This document shows, piece by piece, positions 15,676-24,466 of a stretch of 26,922 nt of DNA. The DNA is from a virus. Lineage: Duplodnaviria > Caudoviricetes. The stretch covers positions 1 through 26,922 of IMG/VR virus record IMGVR_UViG_3300025084_000176; one strand, given 5' to 3'. Both the position numbers and the translations under genes were made by a program. The notes beneath the pieces were generated by a model that did no database searches, was not told where the DNA came from, and was given only the letters and a program-made list of their open reading frames with translations. Positions within the stretch are counted from its first letter, which is position 1; every line of letters begins with the position of its first letter.

Positions 15676-15907
15676 AATCAAGAACGGAGCTGATGGTGCG
15701 ATAGATGTTGGTATCAAACTAATTAGCCTGTCTATTATACTGCAGATTATCTTTGGACCAAAGGTAGCATTCCTAACCGGAGATGTAATCGGCTCTATAC
15801 TAGGCATAGTTTGGACTTTAGGAAACGGTGGACTGGCTGGCATAATCGCAGCTGTCATAATCTGGAGACTACTCGACAAAGACATAGTCGATGAACTCAA
15901 AGACTAA
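15665..15907 (+). CDS. Small integral membrane protein (2-3 hydrophobic helices)
   Basis: AAGGAG SD; hydrophobic Gly-rich helices (IKLISLSIILQIIFG; GLAGIIAAVIIWRLL). Confidence 0.75.
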   Translation: MLDKIKNGADGAIDVGIKLISLSIILQIIFGPKVAFLTGDVIGSILGIVWTLGNGGLAGIIAAVIIWRLLDKDIVDELKD

Positions 15908-16025
15908 AGCTAAAACAACTTGGGGTCTTGTCCGCATGGATGGGACTTCCAAGTTGTACCTAGAACTTAAGAAGAAAAAGAAAGAAACTAACCCACGACT
16001 TTGGCAATCAGACTGGAGAAAGTAA
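15891..16025 (+). CDS. Possible small basic protein (44 aa)
   Basis: MNSKTKAKTTWGLVRMDGTSKLYLELKKKKKETNPRLWQSDWRK; TAATG coupling to the next gene, but no SD and it overlaps the hairpin. Confidence 0.4.
   Translation: MNSKTKAKTTWGLVRMDGTSKLYLELKKKKKETNPRLWQSDWRK
15915..15957 (+). other. Long RNA hairpin right after the membrane-protein gene
   Basis: ACAACTTGG/CCAAGTTGT perfect 9 bp, continued by GGTCTTGTCC-GCAT-GGATGGGACT(T) with 4 G.U pairs and one bulge; no U tract. Confidence 0.6.
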
Positions 16026-16438
16026 TGAAGCACAAAGGTATATTACCACTACCTGTATTTAGCAAGGGTAGGGGTGAGAAGAAAAGGGAACTCATGGTTA
16101 GTCTAAACAATTTCTTTCCTATGCATTACATACAAAAGAATAATGTAAAGCAGGCGTACCACGCAACAGTGAAAGAATGGGTAAAGACATTACCCAAGTA
16201 CAAGACAATACAACCAACCTACAAATTATTTTTTAATAACAAAAGAAAGAAAGACCTAGATAACTATACATTTCCTATGCATAAGTTTCTTATGGATGCT
16301 TTAGTAGAGAATAATATTATTGAAGATGACCACTATGAATATGTTACCAAGATTACTACTGAGTTTGGTGGCCTAGATACGGACAACTATGTTGTCGTAG
16401 AAATAAAAGGAGAAGAGCATGGGACTGAACAAGAGTAA
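16025..16438 (+). CDS. RusA-like Holliday junction resolvase
   Basis: KKDLDNY...KFLMDALVENNIIEDD catalytic motif; ATG 16025 (GGAG SD) preferred over TTG 16001. Confidence 0.8.
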   Translation: MKHKGILPLPVFSKGRGEKKRELMVSLNNFFPMHYIQKNNVKQAYHATVKEWVKTLPKYKTIQPTYKLFFNNKRKKDLDNYTFPMHKFLMDALVENNIIEDDHYEYVTKITTEFGGLDTDNYVVVEIKGEEHGTEQE

Positions 16439-16814
16439 GGATATAAAAGAGATGCGTAAGTTTGATGTTGACTTAGAGTTTGGTCAGCAATGGGAAAAGC
16501 ACATAGATGAAATGTTTTCCGGGGCCAAGACTTGCGAGATAAAAACAGAGAGAGATAAGTGGGCGAGTACAGGTAACATCTGTATCGAGATTGAAAGCTA
16601 TGGTAAACCATCCGGACTAACCAGTACAGAGGCAGAGCTCTGGGTCCATAACTTGGTAAAGGATGGTGAGTTGTGCTGTAGTCTAGTCTTTAATACTGAC
16701 AAGCTAAGAAAGATAATGTCAGATATGAAACCTTATACTGTCATGGGCGGAGACCACAAAGCCTCTAAGCTATATTTAGTTAATATTCAAAAGTTACTAG
16801 CTAACTGCTCTTGA
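16419..16814 (+). CDS. PD-(D/E)XK/restriction-endonuclease-fold phage protein
   Basis: FDVDLEFGQQWE...CEIKTE...TGNICIE...GKPSGLTSTEA pattern with an E-x-K core. Confidence 0.6.
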   Translation: MGLNKSKDIKEMRKFDVDLEFGQQWEKHIDEMFSGAKTCEIKTERDKWASTGNICIEIESYGKPSGLTSTEAELWVHNLVKDGELCCSLVFNTDKLRKIMSDMKPYTVMGGDHKASKLYLVNIQKLLANCS

Positions 16815-18283
16815 ACAATTCTATCAGCTGTTTGTGCGAACTGTCTAGAAATACCAGTGGTACCTTTTAATCTACTGTAAGCAGTATCTTCTATGGTGGC
16901 TACCTGTTGTCCATTCTCATAAATCCTAGCCACCATTACCGGTCCTACCTGTAGCACTTCTGGTGATGTAAGTATTTTCTGACCAGTAGATTTGATATAG
17001 AAATAACCAAACTTGTTAGGATTCATACCTACCTCTGCCCATTCCGGGTCTTTTAAATATTGTTCTACTCTTTCAGATGTAGTTTCTACAGACTCATTGA
17101 CCCAAGCACCAGTGAATACAGCAAAAGGATATTTATTAATTCTTTTCCCCTTTGCATTCTTACCTGCTGATATTTGCTCAGAATCTGCAGGGCTATCACT
17201 AAATGTAACCGGACCCCTGTAATCTCCAATAAGGACAGCTGACTTAGCATATCCTATAACTGGACCAGCTTTACTTGGAGCTGGGTCTGGCTCGTGAACA
17301 GTAACAACCCATGTATTAGCTCTTGTGTATGCAGGTATATCTAATCTAGATGCTACACGCTTATCATTAGGCACCATTTTGTATGCTTTATTTCTAGGCT
17401 GTTGTAATGTCACAGGTTTAATTAGACCCTTAAGACTTTTAGCACCTAAAGCACCAAGCATTTCACCATAGCTAGGTATTTTCTGTACCTCTCCTATAGG
17501 CTCAATAGGATTCCATGTTAGTACAGACTCGGCCCATTGCTCTTCTGATACATTACGCTCATCAATTCTTTGCTCTGCTATTTTCTTTAATACAGGATGC
17601 TGTAAAAATTCATTCTTTTCTTGTGCCTTTGTCCAGTCTTTTATTTTTTCTTCAGATATTCCCATAGTATTTCGCATTCTTCCAAAGTCTTCTTTACTTG
17701 CCTCAGCTGTCTTTTGCTTTGTTACTGGTAATACTTCCCATATACTAGCTTGTAGTCCAGAACTATTGTCAGCCCATACACCAGCATACCCAGCCTCTTT
17801 TAATACTTGGGCCATAAACAATCCATTGTAGTCCTGCACCTCTCCAGCTTCAGCTGCTCTTGCGTTAGCTTTCTCTCTAAAATTCTTAGAGTCTGCACTT
17901 ACATTATACAACTTGTTAGCTGGTATCTTTGTAGTGTACCTCTCCTTGCCAAGACCGGGTTCTTTTTTGTACCCCTTAGGCTTACCCATGTCAATACCAT
18001 AAGATGCAAAGGGCACAAAATTTGAGCCTCTGTTTACCCTTGCATTACTACCCTGTAATCCTTGACCATAAAATTCTGGGTCAACAACATCTAGATTGTC
18101 AGCTTCACTGAAATGAGTTAAGGTTATGTTACCATCTTTATCTACATTTGGACCAGTAGGATTATCATCCTGTTCAATATCATCTATATTTTTAAAGAAA
18201 TCATTGAGCTCTTTATTAGTTGCAGCTAGAGTTCCTCCGGGTAAAAACCCATTGCCCGGTCCCATTCCACATTGTCTAGGCAT
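16787..18283 (-). CDS. Putative internal virion/ejected protein: N-terminal ART-like domain plus uncharacterised C-terminal domain
   Basis: Last gene of the virion operon; AAGGAGG SD; ITLTHFS...DPEFYGQG...EPGLG..Y...LYN...LKEAGYAGV pattern of ADP-ribosyltransferase-like domains of phage polyvalent proteins. Confidence 0.55.
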   Translation of the reverse strand: MPRQCGMGPGNGFLPGGTLAATNKELNDFFKNIDDIEQDDNPTGPNVDKDGNITLTHFSEADNLDVVDPEFYGQGLQGSNARVNRGSNFVPFASYGIDMGKPKGYKKEPGLGKERYTTKIPANKLYNVSADSKNFREKANARAAEAGEVQDYNGLFMAQVLKEAGYAGVWADNSSGLQASIWEVLPVTKQKTAEASKEDFGRMRNTMGISEEKIKDWTKAQEKNEFLQHPVLKKIAEQRIDERNVSEEQWAESVLTWNPIEPIGEVQKIPSYGEMLGALGAKSLKGLIKPVTLQQPRNKAYKMVPNDKRVASRLDIPAYTRANTWVVTVHEPDPAPSKAGPVIGYAKSAVLIGDYRGPVTFSDSPADSEQISAGKNAKGKRINKYPFAVFTGAWVNESVETTSERVEQYLKDPEWAEVGMNPNKFGYFYIKSTGQKILTSPEVLQVGPVMVARIYENGQQVATIEDTAYSRLKGTTGISRQFAQTADRIVQEQLASNF

Positions 18284-18285
18284 CC

Positions 18286-21200
18286 TTAATCCTCCTTAAA
18301 TGCTTCGGCACCAAGAGCACCGACAGTAGCTCTTAATATAATATCAAAAAATTGTTCTGGCGTTTCAGCTAAGGTTTCAGCCAAGCCATTACCATAAGCT
18401 GATGCTAAGAAATCATCTACTATACTAACAGCAGGACCACCTATATATCCAGATAATGAAGTCTCACCCACCAAGGGTAAACCTATTGCAGATATTAAAT
18501 CGACAAGAGTGGTCTCTCTTTCTGAGCCTCTAATCTCTTTCTTTATTTCCATAGCCAATGCTGCTAGACCAAGTGCTGCACCTGTCGCAGCTATTGTACT
18601 CATCTGAGACATTAACGCAGGGGTACAACTCTTAGGATTAAGTTTTCTTATAACTCTTCTAGCAATTGTATTACCAAACAAAATAGGAAAAGACTTAAGC
18701 TGTGCTAATAATTGCATGTCAGGATTAGACATCCACAATGGTCTATTAGTAGCAGTAGGTTCTAGTGCCACGTCTGTAGTTAGCTTACGCAACCAAGGCA
18801 CTAACAAATCTCTTACTCTTGTCTGAGTACCATCGCTCTTAGTTATCATTGTTTCTAAGAAAGCGTCATTCATTACATCTATTTTATTACCACCAGCTCT
18901 ATAGATAGCATTGAAGTCATCTATAGTCATACCATTCTCTCTTAGCTCTTGTACTAGTCTCTGCTTTCTAGCACCTTTCATATTCTTTAATCTTCTAGCT
19001 TCACTTTCTATTCTTTTTAATCCAGCAGCAGCAGCCCATGTACGCACAAAGTTTGTGTATTGTGTCAGGAACGCACCAGCAGGTGTACGAAAGTAAACCC
19101 CTAAGAATTCGTTTCTGTCACCAGCAAATAATTTCTCTACTCTCTCGTTCATTGCAGGGTCTACAGCAAATCCCATAAGTCTAATTAGGTCTCGGCCAAA
19201 GGAAGAGGTAGGTGCTGTTCCAACTCCGCCTTGGTATATAGAACGCTTAATACCTTTTAAGAATGTACCTGCTAATATAGGAGCAGCTTTCATGGTATTT
19301 ATTATACCATTTCTTTGTATTATCCAAGCAGGTTCTGTAATAGAAGATATGGTAGCCATGCCTAGATACTTAACAGCTGCTGCAGTAGCAATAGTCTTGT
19401 ATGCTTTTTGCCTTGTTCTTCCTGTCTCGTCTTGTGGCCTCTTGTATACATTATGTAATGCATCATACATATCCCACATTTTTTGAGCTTGTGGGTTTGT
19501 AATAATATTTTTCTTTAATAGATGGTTTATGTCATCATTGTACCTGTTAGCACTGTTGGCACCAAAAGATTCAGCAGAGGCTAAACGAGTAGAAGCATTA
19601 AGTAAATAATCCCCTACAGATTCAAAAGGACTTTTCTTTCTAAATCTGTCATTAAGTCTATTCCACCTACCATCTCTTGACTTTTCAAATGATGGTCTTC
19701 CTGTGCCAGTTCTTGTCTTTACCTTTCTTATTTGTTCGGATGTAAGTATAGCAGGGTCAATGTCATTTAAAATATCATTAAGTATATTCTCTCTTACCTC
19801 TTGTGCTGTTTGTACTACATTGCCGGCTTCGTCTAGTTTGTCTTCTACAAGTTTAACATCATTCTCTAACGAATCTAAGAAACCTTGAGGGTCTGCTTTA
19901 ATTGAATCTTTATCTAAACCACGAGTTAGATAGTTCTTATGAAAAGTAATTTTTAAACCATCCTTACCTAAAGCCTTAGCTAACAAATCATATACTTTAT
20001 TCTGTATACCTCGTATTGTTTTAGCATCCTGCTCAAGCTCTCTCATTTGCTTGCTGCCTATTTCTTTGGTAAGCTCGGCTTTTAACTTAGGGTCTATTTT
20101 ATTTTCTAATGATTGGCCCACAAACTTGTCAATGTTTTCTCCAATCTTACTACCAAATTGTCCCATTAAAGGATATGCAGTAGACCACTTATCTCTTATA
20201 TCTCCAAAGGGTGCCAGTAATTCTCCGACATAGTTGTGCTTCTTAGTATTAAAAGACGGTGTTGTTTGATACTCACCTGTCTCAGACTCCACATCAATTA
20301 GAGGTCTCAATGCTCTATCAAATCTAAAAGCATCCTCACCTGTCATTACATTATCTCTTCTTACATCACCAAGAAAATCAGTAGATTTATTTAGTAAACT
20401 GTCACCAATAATATTAGTATATTTAGACAAACCACTAAGTGCAGGCGTGTCACCTAACTCAAATAAATTTTCTGGGGCAACATCTTCTATAGGTCCTAGC
20501 TCTTTTATCTTAGCATCTAACTCCTCACCTTCGTATGTGTCTACTAGTTCTTGGTATTTCTTATCGTAGTCTTTTACATTAACAGTAAACTTTTCTTGTG
20601 CCTTTTCTATCTCTTGTGCATTGCTTGCTTCTAATAATTTTCTATCTTTCTTTAGTTGTCTATTAAAAGCACCTGCTTCCATACCAGCTGGACCAGAGCC
20701 CATGATAGCACCACCGGTAGCACCAACTGCAGCTGCACCTACTAGCTGTTCACCAGATTTCAATCCTTCAACACCTGTAGCAGAAGTAAGTTCTGATACT
20801 GCTGTCTGCCCTGACTCAGTAAGCATTTCCCTGAATGATGTACCCATGGTTCTCTTAGCAAACACCATCATAGACTGAACAAACTCTTGTTTCTCTGCCT
20901 TACTAAATCTTTCGTATATTTCTTTTATGCTTTTCTTGTCGTAAGTCTTACCACCCATTCCTTTGATTGCAAAGTTTCTAGGTAGTTGGTCAAGTAAAGC
21001 ATTAATTGTACTTGCTCCAAATAATTTGGCTCTCTCTTCTGCAGTAAATTCTGATAAATCTTTGTTGGCGTTTGCTGTATGTACACCTACATTCTCATTA
21101 AACTGCAGTAGCCAGTTCATACCAAAAGTTCCTGACTGTCCAACTACTCCCATACCCTTAGTTAATGGCATGGGTGACTTCATCATAGACTGACTAATAC

Positions 21201-21561
21201 CACTAGCTAGTAATAGCCCGGCATTAGTTGCAGCACCTTCTGAAGTTCTTTCTAAGACCCAACCTAACTTATCATTAGCACTATATAAACCAGTAGGATA
21301 CTCTGGGTAGTAATCTTCTAATCCCTCAGCACCTGACTCATATAATGCACGACCAGCATCCGCAAGAAAATCTGGCATATATGAGTCATACAACTCGTTA
21401 AAGTTTTCAAGACCTGCTCCAAGATTCATCTTGAAGAAGTCCCAGCTGGAAATTATAGAATCATCTTTGACTCTGCTATCACTATATAAATTATCATCAA
21501 ACTGAAACGTGTTAGCATTATCTAAGTCGAACTCATCTTCGTCTAAGAAATTAGTTGCCAT
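18286..21561 (-). CDS. Large internal virion (DNA ejection) protein, 1091 aa
   Basis: Size, position at the end of the virion operon, helical A/G-rich segments (AAAVGATGGAIMG), C-terminal hydrophobic stretches and LLAQLKSFP pattern. Confidence 0.7.
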   Translation of the reverse strand: MATNFLDEDEFDLDNANTFQFDDNLYSDSRVKDDSIISSWDFFKMNLGAGLENFNELYDSYMPDFLADAGRALYESGAEGLEDYYPEYPTGLYSANDKLGWVLERTSEGAATNAGLLLASGISQSMMKSPMPLTKGMGVVGQSGTFGMNWLLQFNENVGVHTANANKDLSEFTAEERAKLFGASTINALLDQLPRNFAIKGMGGKTYDKKSIKEIYERFSKAEKQEFVQSMMVFAKRTMGTSFREMLTESGQTAVSELTSATGVEGLKSGEQLVGAAAVGATGGAIMGSGPAGMEAGAFNRQLKKDRKLLEASNAQEIEKAQEKFTVNVKDYDKKYQELVDTYEGEELDAKIKELGPIEDVAPENLFELGDTPALSGLSKYTNIIGDSLLNKSTDFLGDVRRDNVMTGEDAFRFDRALRPLIDVESETGEYQTTPSFNTKKHNYVGELLAPFGDIRDKWSTAYPLMGQFGSKIGENIDKFVGQSLENKIDPKLKAELTKEIGSKQMRELEQDAKTIRGIQNKVYDLLAKALGKDGLKITFHKNYLTRGLDKDSIKADPQGFLDSLENDVKLVEDKLDEAGNVVQTAQEVRENILNDILNDIDPAILTSEQIRKVKTRTGTGRPSFEKSRDGRWNRLNDRFRKKSPFESVGDYLLNASTRLASAESFGANSANRYNDDINHLLKKNIITNPQAQKMWDMYDALHNVYKRPQDETGRTRQKAYKTIATAAAVKYLGMATISSITEPAWIIQRNGIINTMKAAPILAGTFLKGIKRSIYQGGVGTAPTSSFGRDLIRLMGFAVDPAMNERVEKLFAGDRNEFLGVYFRTPAGAFLTQYTNFVRTWAAAAGLKRIESEARRLKNMKGARKQRLVQELRENGMTIDDFNAIYRAGGNKIDVMNDAFLETMITKSDGTQTRVRDLLVPWLRKLTTDVALEPTATNRPLWMSNPDMQLLAQLKSFPILFGNTIARRVIRKLNPKSCTPALMSQMSTIAATGAALGLAALAMEIKKEIRGSERETTLVDLISAIGLPLVGETSLSGYIGGPAVSIVDDFLASAYGNGLAETLAETPEQFFDIILRATVGALGAEAFKED

Positions 21562-21573
21562 ATTAAATTTTAA

Positions 21574-23862
21574 TTATTTCTTTAATGAAAAGTAACCTGA
21601 AACAGCGACACCACTAGCCCTGTCTGTCTCTGCTTTTTTAATTATTTTTCTTAATTCAGGCTTTGGTAAAGAAGCTAATCTTTTTTCTTCCGCACTTACT
21701 TGTCCAGTTGAAGATATAACCGGTCTACCTGATGCTATTCTTATTGAATATAATCCCTCAGCAACATCCTTGCTAGGAGGCACACCAGCCATAGCTAGCT
21801 CAGTCATTATCTGATTAATTTGAATTGCTGTCTGATAAGATTGTGCTTGTTTTTCTTCACCTGTTAAGCCATCACCAAATGTTCTCTTAAACCAACTATC
21901 AGACTTAGTATCTGTTAAATAGCTATTCTGTAATGTCTCTGGCTTTATTACCATTCCTTTTAATCTAGTGTAAGCAGCGTTGTTACCAGCCTGTAGTGCT
22001 GTCTGCCTAGAAGCAGCAGCATCCATTAGATTATTAGAATGTTGTATTTTTCTTTCCTGCAAAGTTTCCATAGGAGTTTTAGCTGGTCTGTACTTGAGAG
22101 GTGTACCAATATAAGCTAGTGCGTTAAAGAATTCAACTGCTCTATTGTTACCCGGTATGTCTCCCGGCCTCTGTCCAAACCACCAAGCTTTATTCTCTGG
22201 TGATAGTGGGTTAGTTAGCCTGTCCATGTTAAATCCACCCTCAGGAGCGAATGTCTTTTTAACAACTGCTGTTGCTTGGGCACTCGTACCGACCTGTCCA
22301 TTACTACCTTGATTACTATCTGTACTTGTTGTTACTGCATTAGTCTTAACATCAGTAGTCTTACCATCAGTAGTCTTGCCCTCATCAATAGCCATATCCT
22401 CACTTGAACTTCCATCTGCTGGGTCATCTGCTAATAGACTTTGAGTTTTAGCAATTGCTGCATCTGAAGCACCTTGGAACAAGTTTGATATTGCAGGAAT
22501 AGCTTCATCTTGCATATAAGTTATAGCTTGATTACCAAGAATCTCAGCTTGTTCCATACCCTGCTCTACCAGTGGTCCTAGTGTTTCAATAGCACCTGCT
22601 GTAATTTCAGACACATCTTCTCCTAGTGTAGTGCCCGCTTCAATAGTAGCTTCTATAGCATTTGAAAGAGCATTATCAATTTCATTGTTACCAGTAATCT
22701 GATATTTAACAAAACCACTTTCCATCTCATCATTTTGTGCTATATTACTTTGCATGTTTGCAAGTCTTTGTTGTCTTTCCTCTTCTAGTCTTGCCTCTTC
22801 TTGTAAAATAGCTTGCTCAGCTCCGTATGCAGGTGCTGCTGATGCATCGGCAGACATCCTTTCATCAAGAATTCCTCTAACTTGTCGTTCTCTTTCTGCA
22901 TCATCTATTGCTTTTTGTTGTAGGAACAACTCATCTTCCATATTGTTATACAATTGGTCTGAGCTTTTACCTAAAACATCCCTCGCTTCTGCCTGTCTTA
23001 TAGCATCATCAAATATACTTTTATTTGCAATAGCATTCTCTGCATACCTGTCAGGGTACCTATTCATCATCTGCTCGCTAGTAAGAAGTCCATCAGTCTG
23101 TAATCCATATGGAGCAGCATTTCCTACAACATTCTCTGTTGTTGGAATATCTCCTTGTTCAGATATAAGATAATTTTTACCACCTTGTCCCGGAAGCATA
23201 CCATATTGTGTATAAAAGTCCATAACTTTAGGAGTCATCTCTAACCCTAATGCTTGCATTCTATTATCAAATGCACCAGCTTCGGTAGCATCTTGTAGTT
23301 GACCAACCTGTCCACCTATTAATTTAGCCATTCCCGGTATTCCAACATCAAAGTTTAAAAAACTATCATTGTCTTGTCCGGCTTTTATCTGCTCAGCTTT
23401 TACAGTAGATGGGTCGCTGTATGTTCCCCCTACTGCATCACATTCTACTCTGCTCATCTGCTGCGTTACCATTCCATTAGGTAACACACAAACGCCTTTA
23501 AATGGACTATCAAGGTTTTTCATGTATGTGCTAGCACCTTCTAATGCATTCATAAGAGGATAATTCTGTGGTTTAGAATACTTGCTTGCTGTTTCTCCTT
23601 GGGTTGTGCCACTATTAAATACATTCATAGCATCGGAAGTATTGAAAGGAAAATTCTTTGGTAAACTATTAAAGTCAAAAATGTTTTCGTTAAACCAATT
23701 GTTAGCTCTTTCCCAATTACTAGTATTTAATAAACCTGCAGGTGGTTGTTCAATGTATTCAGACGAAGAAACTTCACCTGATAATGGCATACTTAATCCC
23801 ATCTTTCTAAGTTCTTCTTCTTCTCTTAATCTTTGCATTGCTTGTGCTCTTGGAGTTGCCAT
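21574..23862 (-). CDS. Putative internal virion/ejection protein, 762 aa
   Basis: Acidic, low-complexity and coiled-coil segments; located among ejection-type genes. Confidence 0.6.
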   Translation of the reverse strand: MATPRAQAMQRLREEEELRKMGLSMPLSGEVSSSEYIEQPPAGLLNTSNWERANNWFNENIFDFNSLPKNFPFNTSDAMNVFNSGTTQGETASKYSKPQNYPLMNALEGASTYMKNLDSPFKGVCVLPNGMVTQQMSRVECDAVGGTYSDPSTVKAEQIKAGQDNDSFLNFDVGIPGMAKLIGGQVGQLQDATEAGAFDNRMQALGLEMTPKVMDFYTQYGMLPGQGGKNYLISEQGDIPTTENVVGNAAPYGLQTDGLLTSEQMMNRYPDRYAENAIANKSIFDDAIRQAEARDVLGKSSDQLYNNMEDELFLQQKAIDDAERERQVRGILDERMSADASAAPAYGAEQAILQEEARLEEERQQRLANMQSNIAQNDEMESGFVKYQITGNNEIDNALSNAIEATIEAGTTLGEDVSEITAGAIETLGPLVEQGMEQAEILGNQAITYMQDEAIPAISNLFQGASDAAIAKTQSLLADDPADGSSSEDMAIDEGKTTDGKTTDVKTNAVTTSTDSNQGSNGQVGTSAQATAVVKKTFAPEGGFNMDRLTNPLSPENKAWWFGQRPGDIPGNNRAVEFFNALAYIGTPLKYRPAKTPMETLQERKIQHSNNLMDAAASRQTALQAGNNAAYTRLKGMVIKPETLQNSYLTDTKSDSWFKRTFGDGLTGEEKQAQSYQTAIQINQIMTELAMAGVPPSKDVAEGLYSIRIASGRPVISSTGQVSAEEKRLASLPKPELRKIIKKAETDRASGVAVSGYFSLKK

Positions 23863-23864
23863 AG

Positions 23865-24461
23865 TTATCTTCCTAAGTATGTATTAAATCTTTTGTAATA
23901 GTCGGGGTCTTCTTCAATTGTCTTACCCCTCCATGCTTCTATAAAACTTTGTACTGGGTTTTCTTTATTCTTATTTTTGTTCCACATATCCTGCATCATG
24001 TCTTGTGCAAAATCTTTATATTCAGCTTGCAATCCGCTATGCATTTTAGAGCCTTCACCACCATAGTCATATGCTTCCCGTATTCCTTCACCACTGCCTA
24101 TACCAAAATTACCTAAGAAATCTTGTATTGCCATTATTCCTCTGTATGGTGCAGCATACAATCCTGCGTGCTTTTCATGGTAAGGTAAATCATCACCTTC
24201 GTTACCATAGTATTTAAATAGCCCTGCTTGTTCCATTAGCTTGTTACCTACGTTACTGTGCTTGCTGTATATTCCCGGCTCATTGTCCCTGTAATCTTCA
24301 AGTAATCCTAAAGTTATTTGAACTGGTCCATATGCTGTACTACCACCATCTGCTTTTCTGTTTGTTGTTCGTATCCATGGATTATCGAAAGAACCTGTCT
24401 CTGCAAACTGGTATGCATTATAAATATCTTCTAGGTTAAAGTTACCAAATAATGTTTCCAT
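23865..24461 (-). CDS. Lysozyme-fold/lytic transglycosylase-like virion protein
   Basis: AYQFAETG (catalytic Glu helix), STAYGPVQIT (G-x-x-Q motif), C-terminal AWRG...DYYKRF. Confidence 0.65.
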   Translation of the reverse strand: METLFGNFNLEDIYNAYQFAETGSFDNPWIRTTNRKADGGSTAYGPVQITLGLLEDYRDNEPGIYSKHSNVGNKLMEQAGLFKYYGNEGDDLPYHEKHAGLYAAPYRGIMAIQDFLGNFGIGSGEGIREAYDYGGEGSKMHSGLQAEYKDFAQDMMQDMWNKNKNKENPVQSFIEAWRGKTIEEDPDYYKRFNTYLGR

Positions 24462-24466
24462 ACTAA

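Noticed and set aside
9142-15900. - strand ORFs within primase, polymerase, Cas4-like and nrdJ genes, and the out-of-frame/antisense ORFs nearby
   Set aside because: Antisense or alternate-frame shadows of well-supported genes, with Ser/Leu-rich composition.
15665-15907. Confident holin call
   Set aside because: Membrane topology is compatible, but the gene is in the replication operon with no adjacent endolysin; left unassigned.
17013-23887. + strand ORFs across the virion operon
   Set aside because: Shadows of the long - strand genes; no SD or motifs.
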